From Craspedostauros australis (Eukaryota), in NCBI GenBank assembly GCA_030167865.1, contig JALAGF010003586.1, positions 62,001-126,000 on the forward strand: a DNA stretch of 64,000 bases. The letters run 5' to 3'. Positions 61,401 to 64,000 of this stretch are shown here, in pieces (the first letter of the stretch is position 1; each line of letters opens with the position of its first letter). The notes under the pieces were generated by a model. The model ran no database searches. It saw only the letters and a list, made by a program, of their open reading frames with translations, and had not been told where the DNA came from. The position numbers were made by a program, and so were the translations under genes.

Positions 61401-61868
61401 ACTCACGGAGTTTGGCGGACTCAAGGAGGCCGATGACAGTTCGTCCCATCGATTGTGTTCCGCCAGCTGATGATGTTGCGGTTGCGTGGATCCAAATCTA
61501 AATTGCGGTTGCTTTGCCCTACGATCTCCCGACGAACCAGTCTGATGGCCGTGTTGCGCATGATGATCATCGTGGTCCTCGCGAGTGGAAGTTGACTGCG
61601 CCTTTCGGGGACTCTGTACGCCACCCTCAAGTTTGGTTTTATGCTTCTGTTTGGGCTGCCGCCGCCCCCGAAAGCTCCACGTTGGTCTTCTCGAAATCCG
61701 TTGCCGTCTAGTCGGGCTCGAGTTGGCTGCGGTTTGCGCCGACGATGGCGTCGATGCGGAAGCTGATGTGTGTGCCGAAGCAGATGGTTCCGCATGAGAC
61801 GTCGGTGGCGATGACGATGAGACCGAAGACGACGTTGCTTCGTTGCTCCTTTTCCTGAAGGAGTTCAT
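55455..61868 (-). CDS. Very large (~2137 aa) intronless, intrinsically disordered S/R/T/P-rich hypothetical protein
   Basis: A 6.4-kb stop-free frame is far too long for chance. Low complexity, with poly-P, poly-A and poly-N runs and no recognisable domain. Confidence 0.75.
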   Translation of the reverse strand: MNSFRKRSNEATSSSVSSSSPPTSHAEPSASAHTSASASTPSSAQTAANSSPTRRQRISRRPTWSFRGRRQPKQKHKTKLEGGVQSPRKAQSTSTREDHDDHHAQHGHQTGSSGDRRAKQPQFRFGSTQPQHHQLAEHNRWDELSSASLSPPNSVSNLYTSGKLHLSPAKRSQPSHGHEATGIEIESRIQTERSDRIHNSGDDGDDGAQTRNRSKLERKGTVFHSSRSCFQLVLPSPQELQRQRQALQTTNSASGASSRSISFNHSQEPLMVVQGSSHIPVDTESFEILHLNDSSRSFALPHLSSAQASPPSSPLASRSLPSLSAPSFSSSSAPKSTDTVDSHARDGESEDAREHVTVAEERTNQSSESRTPSADLSHHPSTDAKRTTSPSKETKASQPALPATTSDTKRQQEPNSNNRSDSPNQQQDGGRPILLKYDPSPSHRKEDMLPVTKTAASPTSTPDINLSAAAAAAATSSSAAASVSASGSTALQSMSFHSPPSTVLFHKKNRREQSHTSSSSSSGIKSSVSSVSSRSAKYTIQQHMQTQIRSPSSSLASNINSDMTFASSISVSIPTLPSLAVASYPKHDKRDDENRQQVTEASTGKAGSAEADLQPPQKPSSRRRLANSPRTSTATSPTPVPSTKVSSESKRSKTAATAKAKSTTTAKIGPMPPKASSKPLPQAAKRTATRGRQQQKTAVARQESVSLSPPPPPKRHSHKSRLHSSLSKIFFLRKPKASAANQKRSSAPDETIKKPRSFSFASKQRSREKAESGILQRNSEATKSTTKDGNDDSFTQLNVAKEGSAIGDIHAKESKSTSQTNDKTRKDAKTTSDKTAERSNTKQGSRAQAKAQAQTQVQAQIQRKQRNRHSAQHGSASKPTRAQTQKLPRPRATKAESLSISEDSWEAGKNLLNLSPSSSSASSSSKQYAPPSELEETGENSAGATPLGVQRTASGSFREWQSTLVRAALSATMQSKKIIDGEPKAPDNNNNNNNNSPSVQRNIVMVPLVDSTISAHRKSMHSAYSGRSSSTSDSFGIGDDGTISGGSLLGQNFLDDTPPKNLSSSNDDSSSANNDNDRRRAEFQSENSAFVNQRRNRPLQIGHGRQHPPHGAASTSSLVYSEGTVSLGPSFHAISGSTSFSSSSQSSPPPPPTLIPSSLHGPNSQSKETIATANRTKATSGNESKTDARTDQHRERGALKKANVRSVTPQRIIALKPRDVNKGTKTAAKEYTVSSNRFAVRDHASPERGVKKDRIFTGKIGDAAAKINTKSSSGTDIGTDIGTGGGDHEHESTQRRGIKLDQFISLSSAIHVKKVHARPARSTYTGILVDLVESMHGSSGSVSYVPPSPRGRKMTAASSSPGGMNISPKPSNRQSPSRRLRHSAKQIEPPLSPKTIIEHTNTPAHENVHASNGERGEGLISPRHGESPRNKSSRHEKKRYRSEHGQTWEDDGSFQSPSHSHSSRKVRSASPRVRHSGGSSRPSPKEASQRRQAETQMRVYHTRHSKSRSSRHNQRASTETDEDAQLTTESTSTPSTGAGFSPSTRSSSMTKHLVLQKLSIPYLGTDEADSAQSCADERGTASDTQQKQQEQQEQQQQLRHIPATNHSPPKTSQQYRQAFAKPPMIHRDRTVRAGNRSGVEQASSTVQQGTASGRRDRTYRSLSPWKRTHGLVGDMLLYDETTSSSSRTSSKSAFTATSHSESVSYSLPRHRFAMRRMSSGEQDYGATAAAAATTHVIDSKLSTTKSRIVHIPRQPRRHSVGSPSVTARKTHHTTSSRSHKEPGKQNAIQRQDDDIRSPSSVSLKHSRHRKKSPTKKSKAGGDEHTTTQHTARSTARTARISRSQHDSSSTKRSARHGSSHTEAPASPNEKKRQSKPGGTTASDLRASRHKKKTQGSDHRSSRKQSTSPTKTREMPSKPNTMASTPKQDTDRSAMSPPHPPPPPPPPPPPPQERSQQQAIHTPPPPLRSTSTDEASNEEFQLTLLSPVNLSRHRKSPSKRKLSPMRVSSHGPGADATAGPWRPTPPQATRQVSHDGRLSPARPSTSIHSPTKRMVIKSRNADKDAASLADLPQSRAASRSPSPSPRPIDTASPRQQQTHRSSTPTTGNSPIWRTLEAEKQRQGKIRAKLKTIASTPFA

Positions 61869-64000
61869 CACTGGAACCTGCGTTGGCACATGTATCGGTA
61901 TGGTAGAGAGAGTGTGATGTGAGATGCTTTGAACTCAACTCTCTCTTGGTCTTTGGAAGTCTGTCTCACGATTGGATGTGCGTGCTCTACTCGAATGTGC
62001 CAGAGTGTGCAGAATCGATTTGTGCCCCCGACAGACTGGTATTGGATTTGTGGTCGGCACTGTCTTCGTCGATGTTGTCGTGATGGTGTGAGTTGTTCTC
62101 TCTCTCTCTCTCTCTCTTGGCTCAGGCACAAGTATTGTTACGAGTACATAGATTCGAGATCGCTTAGTATCTGCACTGTGCATGCCGCTTGCGAGCCCAG
62201 GATGATTGGATCAGTGTGCGTACGAGATAGAACGGGCATACGGCATCTGTTCTTTGAGTTGTCAGTCCATTCCATGCACCGTGTTGGACAACAATAGACA
62301 GCTCTTTGCTTCCTTCCTTCGTTCCTTCCTCCAACTCCTCACCTCGACTCGCCTCACAGTCGTAGTCGTAGTTGTTGGTTCCGTTTCCACAGGTGCGTTG
62401 CTGTCCATTTTGCTGCGCGCAATCCTTTCCCTCCCTCGGGGATGAAGTTGTGGCGGCCTTTATCTTTTGTGGGGGAGCATCACACGACCATCAAGAACCA
62501 TCCACCACCGCCTCCATCTGGGAGGATCGCAGCCTGCGATGCGGAGGCAAGGTTAATTTTTGGTCGGTGTGACAAAATCCGTGTTTGTCAATGTTGCTTC
62601 TTCGTTGCGAACCCAGGCCAAAACCTCGGTGGAAATTGTTTGTGTGTTTTGGTTGTCATCGTGGCGGGAGGTGTCTGCAAGATATACCGTCTTTTAACGT
62701 TCAATCAGAACCCTTCCATCCACTTTAGACTGACTCGAATGAACAGGAGTCATCGATCCCAACAAACTACCAACGCGAGGACAGATGACCATGCGACATG
62801 GGAGGATTCGCAACGAGGGCACAGCGTGACACACGTGTGACTATCACAAACAACAGGGAACAGAAACTGACAGCAAGACGGAAAACAACAGCGCCAAGAA
62901 AGAAGCGAGAGGCGCGTGTCCAAGACCTCGCACACATCTGGGAATTTCCAAGCACAAATCCGCTCCGCCGTGCGCAAACGCACACAACAAACGAGACAGA
63001 AGCACGGGCAACGCAACACGACCTGTTACACTTGCCCCTCGCACAAGAAACGGCCGCGACATCTCCGGAGAACAAAGCAGAAAGGACCTTCTGGACGATC
63101 CGATCGATCTCTCTGCGCGAAAGTGACTGGTGCTGAGCCTCCTCCCGTGTCTCTCGTTTGCGTTTGTTACGTGCAGCAGTCCTTCGTGGTCGCGAACATC
63201 GTCTCCGTCGTCGAACCCGTACGCGACCTGTCGAACCCTTCCCCGTTACCAACACCACCGCCATCGTCACATTCTTCACATCGCCCGATGCAACCGAGAA
63301 AGCGTGGTGAGGAGAGAACTTGCCGTGCGGACCACCATCAAGATCAGAAGCAACACCTTGGGCAGATAGAGGGATAGAGAGACAGAGAGAGTGGCTGAAG
63401 GTGAAGCTGTAACCGCGTCAGGCGCATTCCATCATTCGCGGGCGAAGGAGAAAAGCGACCCCGACAGGAAGAATCACATCACGTGACAGTGCGACATCAC
63501 ATCGAGAGCTGCTTGAGCAGAGACGCGTTTCTTGCATCTTCCTGACTGCTGTGTCAGCCCGCATCCAACACAAGATCTTCCACAAAGGCCCGAGAATCGG
63601 AGTGCCGGCCACTGCCACACGCACTCGTACCTCGCATCTCCTGACATCCTCTGGAGCCCACTGATACATCCTCGTACAGTGGAATTGAAGCTAGAGAGAC
63701 TCGCAGCTGGATCGTTCGTCTCGACAGTCAGCCAAACGCGGAGCACCAGGATCAGGTCAAACGCACCCACACACGCACATACCATACCATACATGCATAC
63801 AAGTGTAGGCACGGGTGTGAACGAAAGAGCATTCCTCTCATCTCCACCGCATAGGACTTTTATAGCGTCAGTGGGAGTAGTGAAGGTCGCAGCAGAATTG
63901 GCTTTGACAAAGAGGAGGAAGCCAAATATAATACGAGCTAAGAACAGCAACAAAGCAGCACCGCAAAGCAGCACAACAAAGCAACAACAGCAGGGACAAA

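Noticed and set aside
61900-64000. Assorted short ORFs at the window end
   Set aside because: Low complexity with no motifs; consistent with UTR or intergenic DNA.

Overview
Eukaryotic nuclear DNA, most likely from a diatom (stramenopile). Evidence: GT-AG introns of about 130-770 nt, signal peptides followed by the ASAF-type motif that targets proteins to four-membrane plastids, dense single genes on both strands, and abundant (GA)n, (CAA)n and (CAT)n microsatellites. I can support about 23 protein-coding genes. They include plastid SecE, a GH18 chitinase-like protein, mitochondrial bS21, ATP synthase OSCP, Pam16, a CPBP/Abi protease, sterol C24-methyltransferase, an inward-rectifier K+ channel, a mitochondrial-carrier-family protein, an AA10 LPMO, an OSCA/TMEM63-like channel, an E2 enzyme, a NifU-like protein, a 7TM receptor, an LSD1-type Zn-finger protein, a TMLD/BBOX dioxygenase, a 2OG-Fe(II) oxygenase, a plastid NDH-2 and several disordered orphans. 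I see no rRNA, tRNA, CRISPR array or recognisable transposon. The most notable find is an intronless, secreted AA10 lytic polysaccharide monooxygenase of the marine-gammaproteobacterial type, with a P/T linker and a CBM2-like module; it is a candidate horizontal acquisition for oxidative polysaccharide attack. Other notable items are a Kir channel with a C2H2-Zn-finger-like insert, a GH18 lacking its catalytic Glu and ending in an ER-retention-like tail, and several enzymes with altered catalytic motifs. Family calls come from motifs recalled from memory, not from database searches, and exon structures were derived by hand.
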